Assembly (NCBI GenBank): GCA_964016885.1
Contig: OZ024760.1
Coordinates: 5,890,001-5,954,000, forward strand
Reading direction: 5' to 3'
Source of the DNA: Eledone cirrhosa
Lineage: Eukaryota
DNA: 64,000 nt
The notes below the pieces were generated by a model, which worked only from the letters and a program-made list of their open reading frames with translations, had not been told where the DNA came from and made no database searches. This document shows positions 12,531 to 24,605 of this stretch, piece after piece (position 1 is the stretch's first letter; every line of letters starts with the position of its first letter). Position numbers and translations under genes: made by a program.

Positions 12531-14139
12531 AGACTGCAGATAGCCAGAAAAAACATCACAAAACATTCTATCTGACATTCTAATTGTTCCACCAATTCGT
12601 CGCCTAAATTAGATTTCATTAGTAGAAATGAGGTAATGAAAGTTTTAAGGAACAGTATCTACTAAAAATTAACATTGTAGTCATTCTTCTCTAATTCTAT
12701 AGCTGATAAATTTGTAATAATTAAAAGATAATTTTACATACCAAGTAATGATTCTTCTTCTGTGTGTATATATATATATATTGTCTTTTAATTCATTGTG
12801 TATATATAGAGATGTAGTCTTTACACGGGGAGCTTTGACACAATTGAACTTAAAAATCACCCCTAAATCATATATTCTCTTCTTTGCCCACTTATTCCTG
12901 AGAAGGTCATGGGGGGTAGAGTCCTCAAACACTCCTTCCAGTGGGTCCTGTCAGAAGCAACCGTCTCCAGTTGATCTGGCTGGATCCCCAAGAGAGATCA
13001 GTCAAACTCATGGATGTTATCCAACCATCTTGCTCTGGGTCTCCTTCCGGATGGTTTTGCTCGTAACATCTGTCCAGCAATTCTTTCCTGAGACATTCTA
13101 ACCACATGCCCATAGTATCGGAGCTGTGATCTCTCAATTTGGAGAAGTAGTGGCTCTAACTGGAGTGACTCCCTGATCTCCGAGCTACAAAACTGTCCAG
13201 TGGTTCTTTCCTGGGACATTCTAACCACATGTCTGTAACATCAGAGCTGTGATCTCTCAATTCAGAGAAGTAGCAGCTCTACCTGGAGTGACTCCCTGGT
13301 CTCTGAGCTACAAATCTGTACAACAATTCTTTCCCCGAGACATTCTTATCACATGCCCATAGTATGGGAGCTGTGATCTCTCAATTTGGAGAAGTAGCAG
13401 CTCTACCTGGAGTGTGGAGTGAATCTCTGATCTCCAAGGTATACACTCTATCCAATAACATTACTCCAAAGACCCTTCAGAGGATCCTCATTTCACCAAG
13501 TAATGATACATTTAAATTGGAGGGAGTGGGACTGGCATAGCAATATAATGACTTGTTCAATAATTGTTTCTACAATTAGGTACAAGGCCAGCAATTTGAA
13601 GGGAAGGGAAGGGGAAGAGTCGACCAAATTGACGCCAATGCGTAACTGGTACTTTGTTTTATCAACCCCTGTAAGGATGAAAAGCAACGTTAACCTTGGT
13701 GGGATTTGAACTCAGAACATAAAGGGACATAACTATATGCCACAAAAAATGTGGTCCAATGCTTTACTGATTCTGCCAATCTACCACCATTAATGTATAA
13801 TAATTATGGTGGTGGTGGCTTGGCAGTATCGGTAGAGGGTCGGACGCCATGCTTTCCAGCATAGTTACGTCCCTTTGCGGTCTGAGTTCAAATCCCACTT
13901 TGCCTTTCATCCTTACGGGGTCGATAAAATAAAGTACCAGTAATGTATTGGGTAATTGATGGCCTTGTGCCAAAAGTAGAAACAATTAATGTGTAATAAT
14001 TAAAAGATAATTTTACACACCAAGTAATGATATATCTAAATTGGAGGTGGGGGGGAGGGGACTGGCTGAAAATATAATGACTTGACCAATAATTGTTTGT
14101 TATATCATAACTTCACTTCTGCCTCACTAACTTTGGGGT

Positions 14140-14253
14140 ACTACCACTAATGTCACTACTGCTGTTGTTACTGCTACTACCACTAATGCTACTACTACTA
14201 CTACTACTACCACTAATGCTGCTACTACTTCCACTAATACTACTACTCTTGCC

Positions 14254-14289
<36 letters not shown>

Positions 14290-14562
14290 TCTACTAATGC
14301 TACTACTGCTATTACTACTACTACAGTTGCTGCTGCTGCTGCTACTGCTACTACTACTACTACTACCACCACCATCACCACCACTACAACTACTACACTA
14401 CTAATATTGCTACTACTACTACTACCACCACCACTCCTAATATTGCTACTACTACTACTACCACCACCACCACTCCTAATATTGCTACTACTACTACTAC
14501 CACCACCACCACTCCTAATATTGCTACTACTACTACTACCACCACCACCACTCCTAATATTG

Positions 14563-14594
<32 letters not shown>

Positions 14595-15285
14595 GTTACT
14601 ACATTTACAACAACCACCACCACAACAAACCTTACCCTCCCTCATTAACTCCTAACACAAAATAAACAATGAGACAACATCATTATTTTCATTGGCAGTA
14701 TCGGTGGAGGGTCGGACGCCATGCTTTGTAGCAAAGAGTTACGTCCCTTTATGGTCTGAGTTCAAATCCCACCGAGGTTAACTTTGCCTTTCATCCCTAC
14801 GGGGTCGATAAAGTAAAGTACCAGTAATGCACTGGGATAATTGCTGGCCTTGTGCCAAAAGTAGAAATAATTATTATTTTCAGGTTTAAGCAGAAAAGAC
14901 AAGGAACACTTCTAAACACCAACACTACCACAACAACAACAACCATCACTACCATCGCTACCATCATTGTTACTACCACCACCACTACCACCACCACCAC
15001 CACAACCATCACTACCATCATCGTTACTACCACCATAACAACAATACCACCACCATCACTACTACCACCACCACAACCATCACTACCATCATCGTTACTA
15101 CCACCATAACAACAATACCACCACCATCACTACTACCACCACCACAACCATCACCACCATCACTACCATCATCGTTACTACCACCATAACAACCATCACC
15201 ACCAACAACAATACCACCACCACCACAACCATCACCACCATCACCAACCATCACCACCGCACCACCACCAACACCAACACTCCAC
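14140..15285. repeat. CTA/CCA/CAA trinucleotide-rich tracts interrupted by a SINE
   Basis: Seen directly. Confidence 0.85.
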
Positions 15286-16642
15286 CACACTGCCCTGTAA
15301 TAGGTCAAATATTTTCTATCTAAACATTCCCCCACACTCTTTCTACTCCCCCCCCCCCCCACCACCCATGTACCCCCCTCCCCCTCCCCCGTGTGACCTC
15401 CCACCCTCTTGTCCACTGTAACACCTCCAACCAACCCCACCACCACCCTACATGTTTTAGTAAGTAGCTTTAAATAAGATGTCACCTTTGCATTGTATAT
15501 ATAGTAGTGGGGTGGGGTTCGAGGCAGGGTGGGGGAGGATGAGTCGAAGAGGGGGTAAAAGGGTTGGGTGGGTAAAAGCATTGAAATCATTTGGGGCTGA
15601 CCTAGTGATGTATGTAAAAGTATAGGATGTGAGGAAGGGGTGGCTTGTATATGTGCCGGGTGAGTTGAGGGGTGGATTCGCAAGGTGGTGGTGTGGGCTG
15701 ATTAAGTACATTTAAAGCATTTTTAAGGTGTTTCTTCCCTATATAAGCATGCATAGTCCCGTAACTCCTGGTGGAGTTGTAGGAGCGCCATATTGAAATA
15801 CAGCATTTCTAGGGCATTTTTAAAAAAAAAACATTGTGGCGCCCATTTTAAAAAAAAACCTGGTGGAACCCATCTTTCTAGGTCTGAATACAATGATTTC
15901 TTCCAGAACCTGTTGGAGTCATAGGGGCACTGCAATGGCATTTCTAGGGCATTTTTTTTAAAACCTGGTGGACCCCATCTCCTCTGTAGGTCTAAACATA
16001 GCAGATTTCTTCCAAAGAGAGAGTGGGAGAAAGGAAATTAGAAAGAGATATAATAGAAGAATCGACTATAAATATAATTTCTCAAAGACTGGTACTTTTT
16101 TTAGACCTTGAATGGATGAAAGGTAAAATTGACCTCAGCGGGATTTGAACTCAGAGAGCTGAATTGAATACCATAAAGCATTCTAAGAACTCTGCCAATT
16201 CGGCGCCTATATATATGTGTATGTATGTATTTGGTGGGATTTGAACTCAGAGAGCTGAAATGAATACCATAAAGCATTCTATCCAACGTTCTAAAGACTG
16301 CAAAATCAGCCCCTTATCTTACAAGTATATTTTCATGAAAACATTTTTTTTTTAATAAGCAATAAAAAAAGCAACAAAAAAAAAAAACCGACCATCCAAT
16401 ACACTTGATAAATTCATTTTTAAAATAACCAAGAATATCCATAAAACATTATACATATATATAATTATATATATCATCATCATCATCATTTAATGTCCAC
16501 TTTCCCTGCTAGCAAGGTTTAGATGGGTCTACATAGACCAAGTCAGTACTGAAGCAGGGTTACAGATCTTTCAGACAGGCCAGGGGAGGGGGGGTGTATC
16601 TCGATGATGATAATATATATATATTTTTTTGTTTTATTATCA

Positions 16643-16804
16643 TCATCTTTTGTCTTTCTTTTTGTTTTTCTTTGATGATTTAGCCGGTGCTGATGTGGCA
16701 GGGTTCTTAGTGAGTCTACTTTGGTGCCCTGTTGTCTTCAGATGGTCAAATAGTTTGTTCCGGGAAGGATAATCCTTACCACATACATTACACATATACA
16801 ATGC
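16643..16804 (-). CDS. DNAJC21: DNAJC21 exon 13 (last), C2H2 zinc finger
   Basis: ctttccag acceptor. Encodes ALYMCNVCGKDYPSRNKLFDHLKTTGHQSRLTKNPATSAPAKSSKKNKKKDKR*. SRNKLFDHLK is typical of DNAJC21. Confidence 0.93.
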   Translation of the reverse strand, partial: ALYMCNVCGKDYPSRNKLFDHLKTTGHQSRLTKNPATSAPAKSSKKNKKKDKR

Positions 16805-17906
16805 CTGGAAAGATAAAGGGACAGTTATTAATTAACTAAAACATGATAGTAAAATAGACAACATAGAAGTTAAAATAATATCTAAACATAGGAATGACTC
16901 AACACTTAGACAAATTAGGGAGGCTACAGAAATAAAATTAAGAAAACCTAGACTGAACAGAAAACATAAGTGGAGTAGCAACAACCATAAACAAACACAG
17001 ACTAGTGATCAAAGATGGAATATAAATATATACAGATGCAATAACAACACATTGATTGCCAGCTAAAATATTTATGGAAATATAAAAAAATATACTGAAT
17101 CCAAACCAAATAATGAGTGGGTTTTACTATTTTGGGGAGGAAATATTAGAACATGACCCTCCCCATAATCCTTATCAAGCCCTCTTTGGATTTTAGTCTT
17201 CACATTTATTATTACTATATATATATATATATGTATAGAGATAGATATATTTCTTTATTAGCCACAGGGGCACAAAAGAAGGGGACAAATACAAAGGGGG
17301 AAGTTTACATACAATAAAAACGTGTAAAATGTTATCACAGATGGAATTTAAAAGTTAGTCGATTTTCCCCAATAGAGGGAGACAGTTTATATGGGTAACA
17401 CATACCCCCGAAAAAAAATGTGCAACCCTCATCTCCAGGAGTACGAAGAGCTTGTACTCCTTTCCTCTCCTCCTCCTTTTCCTCAACCTACAGGCTGATA
17501 TAGAGAGAAGGCCCATATGTATAGAGATAGATAGATAGATATGCATACATAGACACACATACATATACAGACAGACACAATACTGGCAACAACCTGACTT
17601 GTATAACACAGAGACATATATACACATACATATTTATCACACCAGTGTTCTATTAATACAGACCTCCCTTATTCTGAAGATGGTGCATTAATGTAGAAGC
17701 TCCAGCTCCAGCAATTCTTGTATTTAATTCAGCCTCCTGCCCTTTCATCATTCCTGAACCCTCCCTCCCCCTTCCCCCTCAAGATACTTGAACTTCTCCA
17801 CCTGTTTCAGTGTAACTCCACTTACATACAGAGCAAACTGAGCAAACTTTACAGAGAGGACAAATATCTCAGTCTTCACAGCACTGATTTTCATTCCTGC
17901 TATGCC

Positions 17907-19270
17907 GAACTCAGCAGCAGCCCAGCATGGCTATGGTCTACTAATGATTGAACTCAGCAGCAGACCAGCAAGGCTATGGTCTACTAATGATTGAACTCAG
18001 CAGCAGACCAGCAAGGCTATGGTCTACTAATGATTGAACTCAGCAGCAGACCAGCAAGGCTATGGTCTACTAATGATTGAACTCAGCAGCAAACCAGCAT
18101 GGCTATGGTCTACTAATGATTGAACTCAGCAGCAGACCAGCATGGCTATGGTCTACTAATGATTGAACTCAGCAGCAAACCAGCATGGCTATGGTCTACT
18201 AATGATTGAACTCAGCAGCAGACCAGCAAGGCTATGGTCTACTAATGATTGAACTCAGCAGCAGACTAGCATGGCTATGGTCTACTAATGATTGAACTCA
18301 GCAGCAGACCAGCATGGCTATGGTCTACTAATGATTGAACTCAGCAGCAGACCAGCAAGGCTATGGTCTACTAATGATTGAACTCAGCAGCAGACCAGCA
18401 TGGCTATGGTCTACTAATGATTGAACTCAGCAGCAGACCAGCATGGCTATGGTCTACTAATGATTGAACTCAGCAGCAGACCAGCATGGCTATGGTCTAC
18501 TAATGATTGAACTCAGCAGCAGACCAGCATGGCTATGGTCTACTAATGATTGAACTCAGCAGCAGACCAGCAAGGCTATGGTCTACTAATGATTGAACTC
18601 AGCAGCAGACCAGCAAGGCTATGGTCTACTAATGATTGAACTCAGCAGCAGACCAGCATGGCTATGGTCTACTAATGATTGAACTCAGCAGCAGACCAGC
18701 AAGGCTATGGTCTACTAATGATTGAACTCAGCAGCAAACCAGCATCGCTATGGTCTACTAATGATTGAACTCAGCAGCAGACCAGCATGGCTATGGTCTA
18801 CTAATGATTGAACTCAGCAGCAGACCAGCATGGCTATGGTCTACTAATGATTGAACTCAGCAGCAGACCAGCATGGCTATGGTCTACTAATGATTGAACT
18901 CAGCAGCAGACCAGCATGGCTATGGTCTACTAATGATTGAACTCAGCAGCAGACCAGCATGGCTATGGTCTACTAATGATTGAACTCAGCAGCAGACCAG
19001 CATGGCTATGGTCTACTAATGATTGAACTCAGCAGCAGACCAGCATGGCTATGGTCTACTAATGATTGAACTCAGCAGCAGACCAGCATGGCTATGGTTT
19101 ACTAATGATTGAACTCAGCAGCAGACCAACATGGCTATGCCCTACTAATGATTGAACTCAGCAGCAAACCAGCATCGCTATGGTCTACTAATGATTGAAC
19201 TCAGCAGCAGACCAGCATGGCTATGGTCTACTAATGATTAAACTCAGCAGCAGACCAGCATGGCTATGGT
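17907..19270. repeat. 43-bp minisatellite, about 32 copies
   Basis: Unit GAACTCAGCAGCAGACCAGCATGGCTATGGTCTACTAATGATT. Confidence 0.95.
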
Positions 19271-19396
19271 TGGTGCCTTAGCATGGCCACAGTCTAATGT
19301 CTGAAACCAGTAAAATAGTAAAAGAAGATGAGGGCCCCAGCATGGCCACAGGCTAATGACTGAATCCAGTAAAAAGTAAAAGATAGTGCTACGTAC

Positions 19397-19532
19397 TACA
19401 TCATCATTTTGACTCGTCGGTCTTTCTCCAGATACATTTTCTTTGTTCTGTGAAGTTTTGCTTTCAGATTTCTTTTCTATGGGTGTCTCCTCCTTCTCCT
19501 CTGCAACATCTTCAGATCTATTTGTTATCACG
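19397..19532 (-). CDS. DNAJC21: DNAJC21 exon 12
   Basis: tttcctag acceptor, gtacgt donor, phase 2 to 0 fits both neighbours. Encodes VITNRSEDVAEEKEETPIEKKSESKTSQNKENVSGERPTSQNDDV. Confidence 0.75.
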
Positions 19533-21328
19533 CTAGGAAACAGAAAAAACAAATAAATTTCACATTAACCTTTACATTACTCTATACTAGCAGAAAAACC
19601 ACCCTAAGGGTGGTTTTTGCTAGCATGTGGAGTGTGCATATTGATATTATACGCAAGTATATATACATGTAGATATGTTACAACAAATGAAATCGTAATT
19701 GACAATATACACAGAAATTGAACGAAGTCTGCGTTACAGTCTCTTCTGTAATCAGTAAAGTAATCCATGATACATTAAAAAAAGACGATATTATATATAA
19801 TCTGCATTAGGAGAAAATTAGCAATGGAAATATAAGAATGTTTATATTCCGGGCGCTAACCGGGAAGTGTTTACATTTGAAAATTTTAAAGAAGTGAATC
19901 TTAAAATAAGCAATAAAATTATTTATATTTAATCAATTGTTACAAAATTTAGTACATAAATTATGTAATATTCATTCATTATTTATTCAAAGTAATCCAA
20001 CTTATTTTACAAACGGGATAAAAAAATATATTCTGGACGCAATCCCAGACTCTTCACATTATCATAGTTAAGATTTAGTGTTATATTTTCACGGTAAAGG
20101 CTTTACCTCACAAAATTATCTCACATAATACCGAATCTATGAGATTTTGATATTTATTTTGAGAACAATACCTTAACATAAGTATGAGCAGCTGGTTACA
20201 GCCAGTTTGATCAGAAGAAGGTGAGAAAACTCTGGCCGGATATGGCCGGTTTAAATACTAAAGGGAAAAATGGACGTAAAAACAATGATGAAGATGATGA
20301 TGATGATGATGATAAAGAGAGAGAGAATTTGTGGTGCTGAAATCAGGGAGACCGATAACCAAAGGAGTACTCAAGGCAAGGGGAGATGCAGAGTGGGTAT
20401 AGGGAAAATTTGAAACTACTTGGCAACATATTCAGGATTTTACCTATCTCTCTCTCTCTCTCTCTCTATGCATGTATATATGTGTGTATCATCATCATCA
20501 TTATCGTTTAAAGGGCGGTGAATTGGCAGTATCAGTAGAGGGTTGGACGCCATGCTTTCTAGCATAGTTACGTCCCTTTACAGTCTGAGTTCAAATCCCG
20601 CCGAGGTTAACTTTGCTTTTCATCCTTACGGGGGGTGATAAAATAAAGTACCAGTAACCATCATCATCATCATCATCACCGTTTTACGTCCGTTCTTCCA
20701 CGCTAGCATGGGTTAGACGGGTTGTCCTGTTGTGTGCAGTGTCTGGTCGGCTGACCATACCTTGCTCATACAGGAACTGATTTGGCTTCATTTCTACAGC
20801 TGGATGCCCTTCCTAACACCAACCTCACTTACAGTGAGTGCTGGGTGCTTTTTCGTGGCGCCTACACGTCCACTTTACAGTGTGGGCTGGGTGCTTTTTC
20901 GTGGAAATGTACTGGGTAATTGCTGGCCATGTGCCTAAAGTAGAAACAATTATCGTTTAATGTCCATTTTCCACGCTAGCATGGGTTAAACGGGTTTGTC
21001 CCATTAGAGGCAAGTTGGGTCGGGTGACCGTGTCTCACTCATATAGGACTGTTTCTGGCTGGTTCTCTTGGCTGGGTGCCCTTCTTAACCCCAACCACAT
21101 TTACAGTGTAGGCTGGGAGCCTTTTTGCCGTGTCTCCTTTATGACCACTTTACAATGTAGGCTGAATGTTTTGTAGTACCAACATAATATATATATGATG
21201 ATGATGATGATGATATATCATCATCATCATCATCATCATATACATATTTATGTGTATATATATGTCTGTGTGTTATATGTCAGGTGATTGACAGTGTTAT
21301 GTCTGCATATGTATGCATGTCTATGTCC

Positions 21329-21367
<39 letters not shown>

Positions 21368-21399
21368 GTGTGTGTGTGTATGTATGCCTTTGTCAAGGC

Positions 21400-21800
21400 A
21401 GAATTCTAGGAGAAGGAAAACTCTGATATAACACCTGCAACCCTGATGGTATCCAATGATGTTGACTTGTTCTTCTTTTTGGTAAATATCATCTTGGTTA
21501 AGAGAGTGGGGCTGGCTTTGTGCAGTGCCTTTGCTCACTATAAAAGCTTCACGGCACAGGCATTGCTTTATATCTGGAGATCTCTCTGCACTTGTCGTCA
21601 CATGGTACCATGGGCCCAGCACTATGTGTCAATAATTGTCACAAGTGTAGTGTTTGTACCAGAGTTTTCAAGTCGCTGGCTGGACTAAAAAGTCACACTC
21701 GTTCAGCGCATTGGTAGGGGTTCTCCTACATGGATATAAAGTAGTGGCCGTACTCGAAAACGAGTTGGCAGCCACCATGTATGTATGTATGTATGTATGA
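21400..21800 (+). mobile_element. RTE/BovB-like LINE 3' end with C2H2 finger
   Basis: One frame reads [22 protein letters not shown] near 21640-21715, followed by a short UTR and a (TATG)n tail. Confidence 0.6.
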
Positions 21801-21827
21801 TAAAGGTGAGGTGGTTGACAGGTGTTG

Positions 21828-21937
<110 letters not shown>

Positions 21938-22242
21938 CACACATACATATATATATATATATATGTGGATGTATGTTACAGTCAAAGTAGTTGTGGCCAG
22001 TACATCTGTTTACCCACCATTCACCTGCTTACATTGACTAATGCATTCTTTTGGTGTGGGTAGAGGGATCGAAAGTGGTGTGGTGTGGGGTGGGTAGATG
22101 GAGATGAAGGGTGGGTGGGGTGGGGGGTCTCTCTCTTTGACAATTATGTGTCAGTGCAAATCAGGTGAAAAGAGGGCAGCTATAGTGTTGTTTGTATGTT
22201 TGAATGTGTATGTATACATGTATATATATATATATATATATA

Positions 22243-22567
22243 TGGCTTAGTGGTTAGAGCATTGGCCTTGCAATCGAAAGGTTGTGAGTTCAATTCTCAG
22301 ACCGGGCGATGTGGTGTTTCCTTGAGCAAGACACTTTATTTTCACATTGCTCCAGTTTACTCAGCTGTAGAAATGAGATGATAGGGACTGGGGTCCCTAT
22401 CATTCCACTGCAAAGTGGTCGTGGAGGTGCCACGGCAAAAAAGCACCCAGCACTCACTGTAAATGAGGTTGGTGTTAGGAAGGGCATCCAGCTGTAGAAA
22501 TCAAGCCAGAATCAGTTCCCGCCCCACCCTTGCAAGCAGGGAAAAGCGGACGTAAAATGATGATGAT
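22243..22567 (+). mobile_element. Young ~330-bp tRNA-derived SINE (family B) with RTE-derived tail
   Basis: A-box TGGCTTAGTGG, B-box GAGTTCAATTC, (TGA)n tail. Near-identical minus-strand copies at about 11165-11510, 31480-31820, 54000-54325. Confidence 0.85.
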
Positions 22568-22636
22568 ATATATATATATAACATGATCATCATCACCATT
22601 TTACGTCCATTTTTCCATGGTAGCATGGGTTAGACG

Positions 22637-22671
<35 letters not shown>

Positions 22672-22882
22672 ACAAAGAGGGTGTGGTAAGATACCAAGTG
22701 GACTATAACGCATCAGAGTACTCAATTCTCAGGGTAGTTGAGTGGGTAATACAAAAAGATTGAGGACCCGACGGCTGAGCTTCGGCCATTTCGATAGCAA
22801 TCTAGCTGTCGAAAGATGTATGGTATGTTTAATAAATAAACATTTTGTTGGAAAATAAAATGACTAATAAACTCTTACTTAC

Positions 22883-23052
22883 TTTTCCTGTTCCTCTGGA
22901 CAGGGATCAATAATTACATCCGTTTCTCCAACGCTGACCTTTTCTTGAAAATCCTGAGCCAATTCCGAAGCTTCTAGAACCTTCTTTTCCTTCTCCTCCA
23001 CCTTCTCCATATCATTATCATCACCATCAACATCATCATCATCGTCATCAAG
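22883..23052 (-). CDS. DNAJC21: DNAJC21 exon 11, acidic linker
   Basis: ttacag acceptor, gtaagt donor, phase 0 to 2. Encodes LDDDDDDVDGDDNDMEKVEE...CPEEQE. Confidence 0.78.
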
Positions 23053-23749
23053 CTGTAACAAAAGTAGAAGGAACACAATAATAAATAATCTCTTTCATGG
23101 GTTTCTAACACAAGAACAAATCTATGCCTTCCACGCGTTAACCCCTTAGCATTTAAACCAGTCATATCCGGTCAGAATTCTCTCAACTCATTTTGTTCAA
23201 ACTGGCCGTAACCAACCAGCCATACTGACATTAAGGTATTTTTCTCAAAATAAATAATATCAAAATCTCATAGATTCAATAACATGTGAGATTATTATGT
23301 AAGATAAAACCTTTACCACAAAAATACACTAGTAAATAGAAAGTAATATAAATGCTAAAGAGTTAATGAAATCATTTGAAGTAGAAAATAAAATTAAATT
23401 CTTTGTTCTTCCTTTTATTCAAAGACTTCTTCCCCTCTTTCTACCTCATACATAACTTCTACATTCCATAGTAACATGGTTTCTATATCTGGATTCCATC
23501 TCTAACATAAGCCTTTTCATGGTGTGTACCCAGAGCATTTTATCTTGGCACCACCACTACCACTTTACAGAGTACACTGGGTGCATTTTGTTGTGGCACC
23601 AGCAATACCATTTTTCAGAGTGCACTGCGTGCCTTTTATCGTGGCACCAGCACCACTACTTTACAGAGTGTATTGGGTGCATTTCATCGCAACAGCAACA
23701 TAACCACCCAGCTAAAATAACCACTATCCCTAAACCACTCAACACAACC

Positions 23750-24000
23750 CCCCCCCCAACCACTACCCCTAAACCACCCGCCATCCACCCCTAAACCCCC
23801 CAACCACTACCCCTAAACCCCCCAACCACTACCCCTAAACCCCCCAACCACTACCTCTAAACCCCCCAACCACTACCCCTAAACCCCCCAACCACTACCC
23901 CTAAACCACTCAACCACTACCCCTAAACCATCCAACCACTACCCCTAAACCACTCAACCACTACCCCTAAACCATCCAACCACTACCCCTAAACCATCCA
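23750..24000. repeat. ~22-bp C-rich minisatellite (CAACCACTACCCCTAAACCCC)
   Basis: Seen directly, next to the DNAJC21 exon 10 donor. Confidence 0.85.
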
Positions 24001-24027
24001 GTCAAAATAACCAATACAATACACAAC

Positions 24028-24079
24028 CTGAGCAAGAAGTCTTTGCTGTTTTTTCTTTTTCTTCTGTTTTTTTGACATT
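24028..24079 (-). CDS. DNAJC21: DNAJC21 exon 10, basic NLS-like stretch
   Basis: ttttcag acceptor, GT donor, phase 2 to 0. Encodes MSKKQKKKKKQQRLLAQ, resembling the SKKQKKKKQ stretch of DNAJC21. Confidence 0.85.
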
Positions 24080-24221
24080 CTGAAAAATAAAATAAAAAAC
24101 GAAAATCTAATTTATCAACAGTCAAATTATAATTTAACAACAAATTTAATTTATCAATTAGCAAAAACATTTTTTTTTAAATACAAATTATTTGAAAGCA
24201 GTACTCTCTGAGGTGAATGAG

Positions 24222-24605
24222 TGTGGCCTAGTGGTAAGGGTGTTGGACTTATCATCATAATGGTGTGGGTTTCATTCCTGGACTGGGTTGTGTTGTGTTC
24301 TTGAGCAAAACACTTCATTTCCCCTGGCCAAGTGGTAAGGGTGTTGGACTTATGATCATAATGTTATGAGTTTGATTCCTGGACTGGGTTGTGTGTTGTG
24401 TTCTTGAGCAAAACACTTCATTTCACGTTGTTACAGTATACTCAGCTGAAAATGAGTCCCAGCAGCACTAGCTGGGGATTTAACCCTGCGATGGACTGGT
24501 ATCCTGTCCAGCGTGGAAGTCTTGTACTCTCAGTTGCTTAACACTGAAACAACACCAGGATAAGTAGCAGCCTGATGAGCCTCTGGGCTTGGGGGAAGAT
24601 TTTAA
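24222..24605 (+). mobile_element. tRNA-derived SINE with duplicated head and V-domain-like core
   Basis: Two GGCC.AGTGGTAAGGGTGTTGGACT heads, then CCCTGCGATGGACTGGTATCCTGTCCAG, resembling the V-SINE core. Confidence 0.55.

Noticed and set aside
17660-17860. Possible extra DNAJC21 exon
   Set aside because: The minus strand reads like a decayed LINE RT piece (GVTLKQVEKFKYL) with stops. Exons 12 and 13 already join in phase.
17907-19270. CRISPR-like regular repeats (also 6140-7285 and 52770-53910)
   Set aside because: Head-to-tail units with no unique spacers, no cas genes, eukaryotic context.
22243-22315. tRNA gene
   Set aside because: A and B boxes are present but continue into a multi-copy SINE body and tail. 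No complete cloverleaf is evident.
23750-24000. Interstitial telomeric repeat
   Set aside because: CCCTAA occurs only once per 22-bp unit, not as a tandem hexamer.
24545-24600. Hammerhead at CCTGATGAGCC
   Set aside because: No GAAA after the putative stem II and no consistent stems. Part of a SINE tail.
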